64,000 nt of DNA, from assembly GCA_963707555.1 (NCBI GenBank), contig CAVPQM010000002.1, positions 28,690 through 92,689 of the forward strand. The letters run 5' to 3'. The notes below the pieces were generated by a model. The model made no database searches. It was given only the letters and a program-made list of their open reading frames with translations, and was not told the DNA's origin. The stretch is from an uncultured Actinomycetota bacterium (GTDB lineage: Bacteria > Actinomycetota > Acidimicrobiia > Acidimicrobiales > Microtrichaceae). Of the stretch, positions 28,786 through 37,407 are shown piece by piece (positions within the stretch are counted from its first letter, which is position 1; the number at the start of each line of letters is the position of its first letter). Position numbers and translations under genes: made by a program.

Positions 28786-29829
28786 CTAGGGGCTGTCAAG
28801 GGCGAGTTGGTCCTGCGGGAGGTGGTTGTAGACCTCGCGGGCGATGTAGCGCTTGAGGCATCGGAACGTTTCCTTCTTCGTGAGCCCTTCCTTCGTCCGC
28901 CGGTCGATGTAGTCGCGGGTTCTCGGGTCGTAGACCATGCGGGTGATCACGATGTGCCAGAGCGCTGAGTTGGCTTGGCGGTCCCCGCCGCGGTTGAGGC
29001 GGTGTCGTTCGTGTTTGCCGCTCGACGCGTCGACGGGCGCGACGCCGCAGAGGTGAGCGAAGGTGGCTTCGTTGCGGAGCCGCCCCGGGTTGTCACCGGC
29101 GGCGACGAGCAGCGCTGAGGCTGACTCGACGCCGATGCCGACCCGGGCAACGAGCTCGGGTGCAGTGTCCTCGACGAGCTCTTTGAGGATGACGTCGATC
29201 TCGGCGATTTCTGCTTCGAGCGCGAGCGCACGCCGGGCCAGGGTGCGCAGCGTGAGCTTCGTCAACGACGTCACATCGCGGCGACCACCGGGCCGGTAGA
29301 CGGAGGCTCGTTCGAGGAGCCGGTAGACGTTGAGGTCTCGAAGCTCCGAGCGGACCTGATCGGGTGCGGTCGAGATGATGCTTCGCATCTGGTTGAGCGC
29401 CTGGGTGCGCGACTTGCGCGCCGAGGAGCGGGCGACGCGCAGCACCCGCATGGCTTCGACGTTGCCGTCACGGGTCTTCGCCTCACCCCTCGCGTCGCCG
29501 GACTGGGCGGCGCGGGCGGCGGTGATCGCGTCCTGCGGGTCGGACTTGCCACGTCGGCGGCGACGCTGACGGTTCGGCCGATCGACCTCGACGACCTTCA
29601 CGCCCTCGCGGTGGAGATGCCGGGTGAGCCCGGCGCCGTAGGAGCCGGTGCCCTCGACCCCAGCGAGTGCGACCTCGCCCTGGCCGCTCGCCCAGCCGAG
29701 CAGGTTCCGGTAGCCGTCAGGCGTCGTGTCGAACGACTCGACACCGAGCAGGGCGCCGCGTTCATCGAGCAGCGCTGCGACGTGGACATCGAGGTGGGTG
29801 TCGACCCCGAGCGTGAGTTGTGGTGCCAT
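28786..29829 (-). CDS. IS110-family transposase (DEDD RuvC-like N-domain plus Transposase_20 C-domain)
   Basis: Intact 347-aa ORF: LGVDTHLDVHVAALLDERG, GVEGTGSYGAGL, GIGVESASALLVAAGDNPGRLRNEATFAHLCGVAPVDASSGKHERHRLNRGGDRQANSALWHIV. Confidence 0.9.
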   Translation of the reverse strand: MAPQLTLGVDTHLDVHVAALLDERGALLGVESFDTTPDGYRNLLGWASGQGEVALAGVEGTGSYGAGLTRHLHREGVKVVEVDRPNRQRRRRRGKSDPQDAITAARAAQSGDARGEAKTRDGNVEAMRVLRVARSSARKSRTQALNQMRSIISTAPDQVRSELRDLNVYRLLERASVYRPGGRRDVTSLTKLTLRTLARRALALEAEIAEIDVILKELVEDTAPELVARVGIGVESASALLVAAGDNPGRLRNEATFAHLCGVAPVDASSGKHERHRLNRGGDRQANSALWHIVITRMVYDPRTRDYIDRRTKEGLTKKETFRCLKRYIAREVYNHLPQDQLALDSP

Positions 29830-29955
29830 GGTTCTGTGTCATCCCTTCGTTGGTAGCGGTGGGGGTGGCACCGCACCTGCGGGACGACGGACAGGACAGC
29901 GACGGGCCTCTACGACAGGCTCCTAGTAGGTCACTCCGTCCAACTGGTGGGTGTC

Positions 29956-30054
29956 GGTGCGGGTGCTCGAGACCAGGCCGACGGATCGTTATCAAGACAG
30001 TCCGAAGACGTCAGCCGGTTAGTTGGAGTCAGACCTGGCTCGAGCACCCGCACC
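29956..30054 (-). ncRNA. Long hairpin in the IS110 5' non-coding end (candidate bridge-RNA segment)
   Basis: ggtgcgggtgctcgagaccagg (29956-29977) pairs with cctggctcgagcacccgcacc (30034-30054). That is 21 bp with one bulge, closing a 56-nt lower-GC loop. Confidence 0.3.
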
Positions 30055-30191
30055 AAACGCTGACCCCCACCACCGACACGATGGTGGACCCTGAATCAAC
30101 GCCCACCCGATCCTCGCTGCCGGACCTGCGACGATCGCGATGTGACCGCGGAGCGAAGACCTTCTCCGTTCATCTCACCTTGCTGGCGAAC

Positions 30192-31286
30192 TCAGCGTGC
30201 GGCGAGCACCTCGGCCAGGGCCGACAGGAAGGCGTCGTTCTCGTCGGGGGTGCCGAGCGTGACACGCAGACAGTCGTCGAGGCCCGGCCACGACGAGCAG
30301 TTGCGCACCAGGACCGACCGATCGACGAGCGCCTGCCACACGTCTTCACCCGAGCGGTGACGTGGGCGGAACAGGATGAAGTTCGCGGCCGACGGCCACT
30401 GGTCGACGTCGAGCTCGTCGAGCGCCGCGGCCACCCGACCACGCTCCTCGACCAGGTGGGCGACGCGGCGCTCCATGTCGTCGAGGTGGTCGAGCGCGAG
30501 CAGCCCGGCGAGCTGGGTCATCGAGTCGAGGTGGTACGGCAGCACGACCTTGTCGAGCTCGTCGACGACCCAGGTCGGTCCGATCAGGTACCCCAGGCGC
30601 AGCGCTGCTGCGGACCACGTCTTGGAGTACGTGCGGGTCACCGCGACCGACCGGTCGTCGTGCACGAGCGCCAACGCCGACCACGGTGAGAACTGGCCGT
30701 AGGCCTCATCGACGACGAGCAGCCCGTCGACGGACTCGACCGCGTCGAGCAGCGCACGGACCGACGACTCGGACTCGACGCGACCCGTCGGGTTGTTCGG
30801 CGAGCACAGGAACGTGATGATCGGCGACTCGGCGCGCACCATGTCGACCGCCCGGTCGACATCGAGGGTGAAGTCGTCGCGACGCGGGCAGTCGAGCACC
30901 CGGGCACCCGAGACCTTCGCGATGTGCGAGTGCAGCGCATAGGTCGGCTCGAAGGTCAGCACCGAGCGACCGGCGCCGGCGTACGCCAGGCACAGCGTCT
31001 GCAGCACCTCGTTCGACCCGTTGGCGGCGAACACGTTGGCGGCGTCGATGCCGGCGGGCACGAGCGGGGACTCGACCTCGGCGATCCGGGCCCGCAGCGC
31101 ACCGGCGCCTCGGTCCGGGTAGCGGTGCCACTGCACGTCGTCGAGTGCGGCGCGCAACTCCGCGACGAACGCTGCGGGCGGCGGCTCCGGGGCCTCGTTC
31201 GTGTTGAGACGGACCGCCACGTCGACCTGGGGCGAGTGGTACCCCTCCATGAGCGCGACGTCCTCGCGCACGCTGGGCCGAGCCAT
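30192..31286 (-). CDS. hisC: Histidinol-phosphate aminotransferase
   Basis: Intact 364-aa ORF: LNTNEAP, YPDRGAGALRARIAE, SPNNPTG, PLP-lysine region TRTYSKTWSAAALRLGY. Confidence 0.9.
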   Translation of the reverse strand: MARPSVREDVALMEGYHSPQVDVAVRLNTNEAPEPPPAAFVAELRAALDDVQWHRYPDRGAGALRARIAEVESPLVPAGIDAANVFAANGSNEVLQTLCLAYAGAGRSVLTFEPTYALHSHIAKVSGARVLDCPRRDDFTLDVDRAVDMVRAESPIITFLCSPNNPTGRVESESSVRALLDAVESVDGLLVVDEAYGQFSPWSALALVHDDRSVAVTRTYSKTWSAAALRLGYLIGPTWVVDELDKVVLPYHLDSMTQLAGLLALDHLDDMERRVAHLVEERGRVAAALDELDVDQWPSAANFILFRPRHRSGEDVWQALVDRSVLVRNCSSWPGLDDCLRVTLGTPDENDAFLSALAEVLAAR

Positions 31287-32617
31287 CAGGCGTCCTCTGC
31301 GAGCGAGCGCTGGCGCTGCCCTTCCGCTGCAGCGCGCTGGCGCAGACGGATCGACTCGGCGTGGGCGTCCAGGCCCTCGGCGTCGGCCAGGGTCGCGACC
31401 GCGTCGCCGAGACCCTCGGGCTCGAAGACCGCGCGGGCGACGGTGATGACGTGGTGGTGCTTCAGGAAGTCGTCGACGGTCAGCGCTGACGAGAACCGGG
31501 CGGTGCCGTAGGTCGGCAGCACGTGACTCGGTCCGGCCACGTAGTCACCGACCGAGGCGGGCGACCACGGGCCGATGAAGATGGCACCCGCGTTGCGGAT
31601 GCTGGGCACCAGGTCGTGAGCGTCGCGGCACAGCAGCTCGAGGTGCTCCGGCGCCACGGCGTTCGCGACCTCGATCGCGGCGGCCGGCGAGTCGACCACC
31701 ACCGCGTAGCCGCCCTCGGCGAGGGTCGAGGCGATGTCGTCACGACGCGGGGCCGCCTCGGTCAGCCGGGTCACGGCCTCGGTCACCGCGTCGGCCACGG
31801 CCTCGTCCCAGGTGATCAGCCAGGCGAGGCCGTCGGGACCGTGTTCGGCCTGGAGGATCACGTCGATCGCCGCGAAGTCGGCGGGCACCGAGTCGTCGGC
31901 GACGACGACCACCTCGCTCGGACCGGCGAACGCGGCGGCGATGCCGACGGAGCCGGCGACCTCTTGCTTGGCCAGCGCGACGTACTTGTTGCCGGGCCCG
32001 CAGATCACGTCGACGGGACGGATCGAGTCGGTGCCGTAGGCCAGCGCGGCGATCGCCTGGGCGCCCCCGACGGGATGCACCTCGTGCACGCCCGCGACCG
32101 CTGCCGCGGCGAGCGTGATGGGAGCGATGCGTCCGGTGCTGCGATCCGGCGGCACGCACACGACGACCTCGGGCACACCGGCGACCAGGGCCGGCACCGC
32201 GGTCATGAGCAGCGTCGACGGGTACGAGGCACGCCCTCCGGGCACGTAGCAACCGACCCGGTCGACCGGCCGGCGGTACGAGGTGATGTGGATGCCGCCG
32301 TCGTCGTGTTCGACGGGGGCCGACATCTGCGCCTCGTGGTGGGCGGCGATCCGGTCCCGTGCCAGCTCGAGCGCCCGCCGCTCCTCGGCGCTGATCGACT
32401 CGAGCGCGGCCTGCAGCTCCGACGCGGGCACGGCGAGCGACTCGAGCGTCACCCCGTCGAACGTCGCGGTGTACTCGACCAGCGCGTCGTCGCCGCGCTC
32501 GCGCACTGCGGCGAGGATCGAGCGCACCGCTGCGACTGGCTCGTCGCCGTCGACGGTCGGTCGTGGCAGGTGCGATGCCAGGTCGGTGACACCACGCAGG
32601 TCGAGTCGGTTCAGCAC
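31286..32617 (-). CDS. hisD: Histidinol dehydrogenase
   Basis: Intact 443-aa ORF: GCYVPGGRASYPSTLLM, ICGPGNKYVALAKQEV, ILQAEHGPD, GDYVAGPSHVLPT. The stop overlaps the hisC start by 1 nt. Confidence 0.92.
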   Translation of the reverse strand: MLNRLDLRGVTDLASHLPRPTVDGDEPVAAVRSILAAVRERGDDALVEYTATFDGVTLESLAVPASELQAALESISAEERRALELARDRIAAHHEAQMSAPVEHDDGGIHITSYRRPVDRVGCYVPGGRASYPSTLLMTAVPALVAGVPEVVVCVPPDRSTGRIAPITLAAAAVAGVHEVHPVGGAQAIAALAYGTDSIRPVDVICGPGNKYVALAKQEVAGSVGIAAAFAGPSEVVVVADDSVPADFAAIDVILQAEHGPDGLAWLITWDEAVADAVTEAVTRLTEAAPRRDDIASTLAEGGYAVVVDSPAAAIEVANAVAPEHLELLCRDAHDLVPSIRNAGAIFIGPWSPASVGDYVAGPSHVLPTYGTARFSSALTVDDFLKHHHVITVARAVFEPEGLGDAVATLADAEGLDAHAESIRLRQRAAAEGQRQRSLAEDA

Positions 32618-32702
32618 GTCGGATCGTCCTCGCTCAGCACGAGGGTCACGGTACCCACCGGCACCGGTCGCGGCGAACGAGTAGCGGTGCTAGACCACCT
32701 TC

Positions 32703-32906
32703 GTGAGCCTGCATGCAGATCTGACCTCGGTGCTGTCGACCCTCGACCAGGTGATCGAGCGACTCGACGAGGCGGCGGGCGCCGTCGACGGGTCCGAGCG
32801 CGACGATCTGCTGGTCGACCTGTACGAGGTCGAACGACACCTGCGCGCCGCCGTTCGGCGTCTCACCAGGACCGTCAACGGGCTGTCCGACGTCCAGTCG
32901 TTCTGA
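32703..32906 (+). CDS. Hypothetical small helical protein
   Basis: 67-aa ORF with a GTG start and strong GC3 bias. Divergent from hisD. No family recognised. Confidence 0.4.
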   Translation: MSLHADLTSVLSTLDQVIERLDEAAGAVDGSERDDLLVDLYEVERHLRAAVRRLTRTVNGLSDVQSF

Positions 32907-32938
32907 CCGCCGGCACCCGCGTCGATCAGGGCAGTCGA

Positions 32939-33340
32939 TCAGGGCTGCTGCTCGAACGCCGCCACGGGGTCGGCGTAGGACTTGATCTCGATGACGTTCC
33001 CGCTCGGGTCTCGCAGCTTCGCCTTCGTCTGCTCCTGTGCGGTGCCTGCGTGGTCCGTGCTCAGCTCGTGGACCCAGTCGACGCTCGCACCGTCGAGGCG
33101 TGCGGCGAGCGCATCGAGGTCGGCACGGTCGAGGGTGACGCCGAAGTGGCGGACACCGGTGCCGGCCCGGTCGAGCACCTGGTCCGGACGCTCCTGGAGG
33201 GTCAGCTGCAGCCCGTAGAACCACACGTCGAGCCATCCGTCGCGCACCCGTCCGAGCGAACAGCCGAGGGTGTCGACGTAGAAGTCGCGGGCGTCCGCCA
33301 GGTCGGCGACCGGGAGCGACAGGTGCAGGATCGGTGGCAT
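32939..33340 (-). CDS. VOC-family (glyoxalase/bleomycin-resistance fold) protein
   Basis: Within ORF 32939..33376, likely ATG 33340 (MPPILHLSLPVADLADARDFYVDTLG ... HFGVTL ... LRDPSGNVIEIK). Confidence 0.7.
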   Translation of the reverse strand: MPPILHLSLPVADLADARDFYVDTLGCSLGRVRDGWLDVWFYGLQLTLQERPDQVLDRAGTGVRHFGVTLDRADLDALAARLDGASVDWVHELSTDHAGTAQEQTKAKLRDPSGNVIEIKSYADPVAAFEQQP

Positions 33341-33495
33341 CTCCGGACGGTAGGAGCCGCACCGGAGGTGGTCCACGGAGTTGCGGACAGCGTCCCACCG
33401 CCCGCCGACTTTCGGTCACTCGGGCGCAAAACGGACCCAGCGCCCCGAAGGGCGCCGGGCGGGCGACCCGGGCGGCGGGAGCCCTGGGTCACCAT

Positions 33496-33520
33496 CTACC
33501 AGGTGGCGGGAACCTGGTAG
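33496..33520 (-). terminator. Stem-loop downstream of nth (9-bp stem)
   Basis: ctaccaggt (33496-33504), ggcggga, acctggtag (33512-33520), 50 nt after the nth stop. Confidence 0.45.
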
Positions 33521-33569
33521 CTCGGAACCTACTCCGCGCCGCGGTGTCGAGGATGGTCGAAAGGACCCG

Positions 33570-34220
33570 TCAGACCAACGATGACGGGCAGAAGTCCGAC
33601 AGCACGCAGTCGCCGCACTGGGGCTTTCGGGCGAAGCAGACACGTCGACCGTGCAGGATCAGGCGCAGGCTGAACGGACCCCGTTCGGCCAGCGGCACCA
33701 TCGGGTTGAGGGCGTACTCGACCTTGACCGGATCGGTTTCGTCGGTGAGCTGCAGGCGGTGCGAGAGGCGAAGGACGTGGGTGTCGACCGGCAGCCCCGG
33801 CAGGCCCAGGGCCTCGGCCCGCACGACGTTCGCGGTCTTGCGGCCCACGCCCGGGAGCTTCACCAGGTCCTTCATCGCAGGTGGCACCTGTCCGCCGTGG
33901 CGATCCACCAGCGCGGTCGCCATGCCGATGATGCTCTTGGTCTTCGCCTTGTAGAAACCGGTCGAGTGGACCAGCACCTCGACCTCCTCGGGGTCGGCGG
34001 CCGCCAGGTCCTCGGGCGTCGGGAACCGGGCGAAGAGGTCCGGCGTGACCAGGTTGACCCGCTGATCGGTCGACTGCGCCGAGAGGATCGTCGCGGTCAG
34101 CAGCTCGAACGCGTTGGTGTGGTCCAGCTCGCAGACGGCGTCCGGGTACTCGAGCGCGAGTCGCTCGTTCGTCAGTCGGGCCCGACCCTTGGGAGATCTC
34201 GGACGTCGGAAGGCGGTCAT
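33570..34220 (-). CDS. nth: Endonuclease III (DNA glycosylase/AP lyase)
   Basis: Within ORF 33570..34286, start ATG 34220. HhH-GPD motif [15 protein letters not shown], catalytic DTHV, and the 4Fe-4S cluster CX6CX2CX5C ([17 protein letters not shown]). Confidence 0.9.
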   Translation of the reverse strand: MTAFRRPRSPKGRARLTNERLALEYPDAVCELDHTNAFELLTATILSAQSTDQRVNLVTPDLFARFPTPEDLAAADPEEVEVLVHSTGFYKAKTKSIIGMATALVDRHGGQVPPAMKDLVKLPGVGRKTANVVRAEALGLPGLPVDTHVLRLSHRLQLTDETDPVKVEYALNPMVPLAERGPFSLRLILHGRRVCFARKPQCGDCVLSDFCPSSLV

Positions 34221-34246
34221 GCGGCGCACGGTAGCGTGGGCGTGCA

Positions 34247-34914
34247 GTGACCACCGCCGGCTCCGAACCGCACCGTTGGGTCTCACCCCTCACCGACGAG
34301 ACCGACGCCCGTCTGCGCGCCGAGGGCTGGACGCGGGTCCGCACGCTGCACCAGATGCGCCGACCGCTCCCCCTTCCCGCCGAGCTGGTCGCAGGCGACG
34401 CGACCGCATCCGGGTGCGCCCCTTCACCGACTCCGACATCGAGCAGTTCCTCGCCGTCAACAACCGGGCGTTCTCGTGGCACCCCGACCAGGGCGGCTGG
34501 ACCGCTGCGCAGGTGCACGAGCGTCAGGGCGAGCCGTGGTTCTCCGCCGACGGGTTCCTGCTGCACGACGGCGACGACGGCGTCGTCGACGGGTTCTGCT
34601 GGACCAAGGTGCACCCAGCGACCGACGACGACCCCGTCCTCGGCGAGATCTACGTCATCGCCGCGGACCCCTCGACCCACGGCACCGGACTCGGCCGGGC
34701 GCTGACCGTCGCCGGGCTGGAGCACCTGTCCGGGCTCGGCATCGACACGGGGATGCTCTACGTCGAGGCCGACAACGAGGCCGCGGTGTCGCTCTACGAG
34801 CGGCTCGGATTCTCGGTCCACCACAGCGACGCGGCCTACTCGCCCGCCGCCCCACCCACCGCGCCGCCCACCGGCTCCCCCGCTGCCCCACCCACTGCTG
34901 CGGACAACTCCTAG
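34247..34914 (+). CDS. GNAT N-acetyltransferase resembling the C-terminal half of mycothiol synthase MshD (1 apparent frameshift near 34405)
   Basis: Piece 34247..34705 (N-terminal 50 aa) joins the frame of 34114..34914: [32 protein letters not shown] ... [22 protein letters not shown] ... [20 protein letters not shown]. Confidence 0.65.
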
Positions 34915-34924
34915 GCTGGGACAC

Positions 34925-35993
34925 ATGCCCCACGAGTCCCGGTACGACCTCGATCGGGACGCCTGGAGCGCCCTGCTGGGTGACGAGCCGCGTTTCCGCC
35001 TCGAACAGATCTGGAACGGGCTCTACCACCAGGGTCGCCCGCTCGAAGAGCTCTCGACGTTGCCGAAGCCGCTGCGAGAGCGACTCGCCGCCGCAGCGCC
35101 GCTCGCGTTGACGCCGGTCACGGAGTCGGTCAGCGACGACGGCGACACCATCAAGTTCCTGTGGGAGCTCGACGGCGGCGCCCGGGTCGAGACGGTGCTG
35201 ATGCACTACCGCGACCGCTCGACGGTGTGCCTGTCGACCCAGGCCGGCTGCGCGATGGCGTGCAGCTTCTGCGCGACGGGCCAGGCGGGGTTCGAACGCC
35301 ACCTCTCGGTCGGCGAGATCGTCGAGCAGCTCGCGGTGGCGCGTCAGCGTGCCGCTGCCGGGCCGACGCCGCGGCGTGTCTCCAACATCGTCTTCATGGG
35401 CATGGGCGAACCGCTCGCCAACTACGACCACACGTGGGCCGCGATCCGGCGCATCCACGGCGACATGGAGATCGGTGCCCGACACCTCACCGTGTCCACC
35501 GTCGGCGTCGTGCCCGGCATCCGGCGCATGGCGACCGAGGACCTGCCGGTGAACCTGGCCGTGTCCCTGCACGCCGCGGACGACGTGCTGCGCGACGAGC
35601 TCGTGCCGCTCAACCGTCGCTACCCGCTCGAGGAGCTCACCCAGGCCTGTATCGACTACTACGAGGCCACCCACCGACGGGTCAGCTTCGAGTGGGCGAT
35701 GATCGACGGGGTCAACGATCGCCTCGAGGACGCCGAACGCCTCGCCGCCATCGCCCGTCGGGTGCGGGCGCACGTGAACCTCATCCCGCTGAACCCCACG
35801 CCGGGCTACGCCGTGCGCGGCTCCTCGGGCAACCGGGTGCGAGCGTTCCGCGACCGAGCTCGAGCGACACGGCGTGAACGTCACGGTGCGCGACACACGG
35901 GGCTCCGAGATCGATGCGGCGTGCGGCCAGCTGCGAGCCGGCCACGAGGCCACCCCGGTGCGGAGGCCGCGCCGCAAGGTCGCCAGCAGCTGA
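34925..35993 (+). CDS. rlmN: 23S rRNA/tRNA adenine-C2 methyltransferase RlmN (radical SAM; 1 apparent frameshift near 35845)
   Basis: ORF 34925..36586 is RlmN-like to ...GNRVRAFRD (CLSTQAGCAMACSFCATGQ, IVFMGMGEPLAN, NLIPLNP). The hand-translated frame then gives ELERHGVNVTVRDTRGSEIDAACGQLRAGHEATPVRRPRRKVASS, ending at TGA 35991-35993. Confidence 0.88.
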
Positions 35994-36000
35994 GCACTCC

Positions 36001-36120
36001 CGAATTCCGACTCCGTTCCGGGGTCAGGACCCGAATCCGAGTCGGATGTCGGAGTGGAGACGACATCGGGCTCCGTTCCGGGGTCAGGACCCGAATCCGG
36101 ATCGGATGTCGGAGTGGGTT
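36001..36120. repeat. Two tandem 60-bp units, each one copy (E1, E2) of the long-palindrome intergenic repeat family
   Basis: 36011-36057 and 36071-36117 are 45 of 47 identical: ctccgttccggggtcaggacccgaatccgRRtcggatgtcggagtgg. They lie between convergent rlmN and a nucleotidyltransferase gene. Confidence 0.85.
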
Positions 36121-36141
36121 CGCCGTTCGGGCGGGCAGTGG

Positions 36142-36929
36142 TCAGCGGCAGAGCACGGTGCGACGGTCGTCCATGCGGATCGCGTCGACGAGGTGCTCGT
36201 GGGGGCCGACGGTCGCGCCGGGCCAGACGACGGACCGTTCGACCACACCCTGCACGTCCGCGCCGTCGCCGATCACGGACTGCGCCACCGGACCAGGCCA
36301 GGTTGGCTCGCAGGTAGTCGCGAGGGGTGGCGCAGTCGACGACGGCGCCGTCGTGGTGGACCGCGTCGAGGCGACCGGCGGCGAGCTCGTCGCGCCACAG
36401 CGCCTCCCACAGCCCGCTGGGTCCGGGCGCCAGCCCGGCGACGGACCGCCACGGGAGGATCGAGGCGACGATGCCGCTGCGGGGACCGAACGGCAGCGGC
36501 GTCGAAGCCAGGATCCGCACCCGCTCGCCGTCCCACCCGTCGACGAACGCAGCCAGGTCGGCGTCGCTGCCAGGTGTCGCCGTTGACGACCACGGCGCCG
36601 CGGCCGTCGAGCCAGGGCGCGAGGTGGGCGACGGCTCCTGCGGTGCCGAGCGCCACCGGGTCCTCGACCGACAGGTGGATCGGCCGTCGATCGGCCTCGA
36701 TGCGCTGTGCCACGTGTCGCTCGATCTGCTCGCGGCCGTGGTGACAGTTGACCGCGAGATCGGCGACTGCCGGCTCCAGCGCGTCGAGCGCCCAGTCGAG
36801 CAGGGCGCGGTCGCCGACGGGGCACAACGGCTTCGGCCGCAGGGACGTGAGAGGTCGGAGTCGTGTCCCGGCGCCCGCTGCGAGAGCGATGCCAGCGAGG
36901 TCGGAGCGTGCTGCTTGACTGTCATCCAT
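36142..36929 (-). CDS. Sugar-phosphate nucleotidyltransferase family protein (2 apparent frameshifts near 36575 and 36300)
   Basis: Piece 36273..36977 from ATG 36929 (IALAAGAGTRLRPLTSLRPKPLCPV), then the frame of 34655..36925 (ADLAAFVDGWDGERVRILAS ...), then 36142..36825 (VIGDGADVQGVVERSVVWPGATV). Confidence 0.7.
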
Positions 36930-37314
36930 GTCGGAACGCCGCTGGTTCAATCCGAACGTGCCACAGACGCTGTACATCGCACAGTTCCTGTTGTACTTCG
37001 ACGCCTTCTGGGCGCTGCTCGGGCTCTTCGGCAGCGGCGGGCTCGGGCCGCTCGGCCTGTTGGCGCTCGCAGCGTACGTCTACGGCGCCTACGGCATCGC
37101 GAACGAGAAGAAGCTCGGCTACCAGGTGGCCGTGGTGGCATCGTTCATCCCGCTCGCCCTTCGCTTCCTGCAGATGGTCATCGGTGTCCACGGCGCCGAC
37201 GTGAGCTACGTCCTGTTCTCGAACGGCATCATCACGGTGCTCTTCGAGTATGCGTTGATCGCACTGCTGCTGCACCCGATGTCGCGCGAGCACCAGAAGA
37301 TCTGGTTCCGCTGA
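36928..37314 (+). CDS. Hypothetical 4-TM membrane protein
   Basis: Intact 128-aa hydrophobic ORF (YIAQFLLYFDAFWALLGLF, LLALAAYVYGAYGI, VVASFIPLALRFL, ITVLFEYALIALLL). Confidence 0.5.
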   Translation: MSERRWFNPNVPQTLYIAQFLLYFDAFWALLGLFGSGGLGPLGLLALAAYVYGAYGIANEKKLGYQVAVVASFIPLALRFLQMVIGVHGADVSYVLFSNGIITVLFEYALIALLLHPMSREHQKIWFR

Positions 37315-37407
37315 CCCGGAGCGTCAGCCCCTCGGTCGATGTGGCGGCGGTGATGTTGCAGCAGGTCCGAGTGGCCGCACGGGGCGAGTCGCGACAATGA
37401 TCGGGCC

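Larger units (their letters stand above)
28760..30160 (-). mobile_element. IS110-family insertion sequence (boundaries approximate)
   Basis: The transposase gene is flanked by about 350 nt of 5' and under 65 nt of 3' non-coding DNA. IS110 elements lack classical terminal inverted repeats, so the ends cannot be fixed from one copy. GC is lower than in the neighbouring his genes. Confidence 0.5.

Noticed and set aside
28735-30166. IS110 inserted into a copy of the palindromic repeat family, as some IS110 elements target REP sequences.
   Set aside because: The 28735-28775 side resembles copy B only partly. The sequence near 30146-30166 (cgaagaccttctccgttcatc) resembles a left terminus only weakly and in the wrong relative orientation. 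The two halves do not reconstruct an element, so the idea is kept as a hypothesis only.
36001-36120. CRISPR array or coding repeat at the 60-bp tandem units (ORFs on both strands read through it).
   Set aside because: There are only two units, directly abutting with no unique spacers, and no cas genes. The region lies beyond the corrected rlmN stop (35993) and beyond the nucleotidyltransferase stop (36142). The ORFs crossing it are frameshift read-through.
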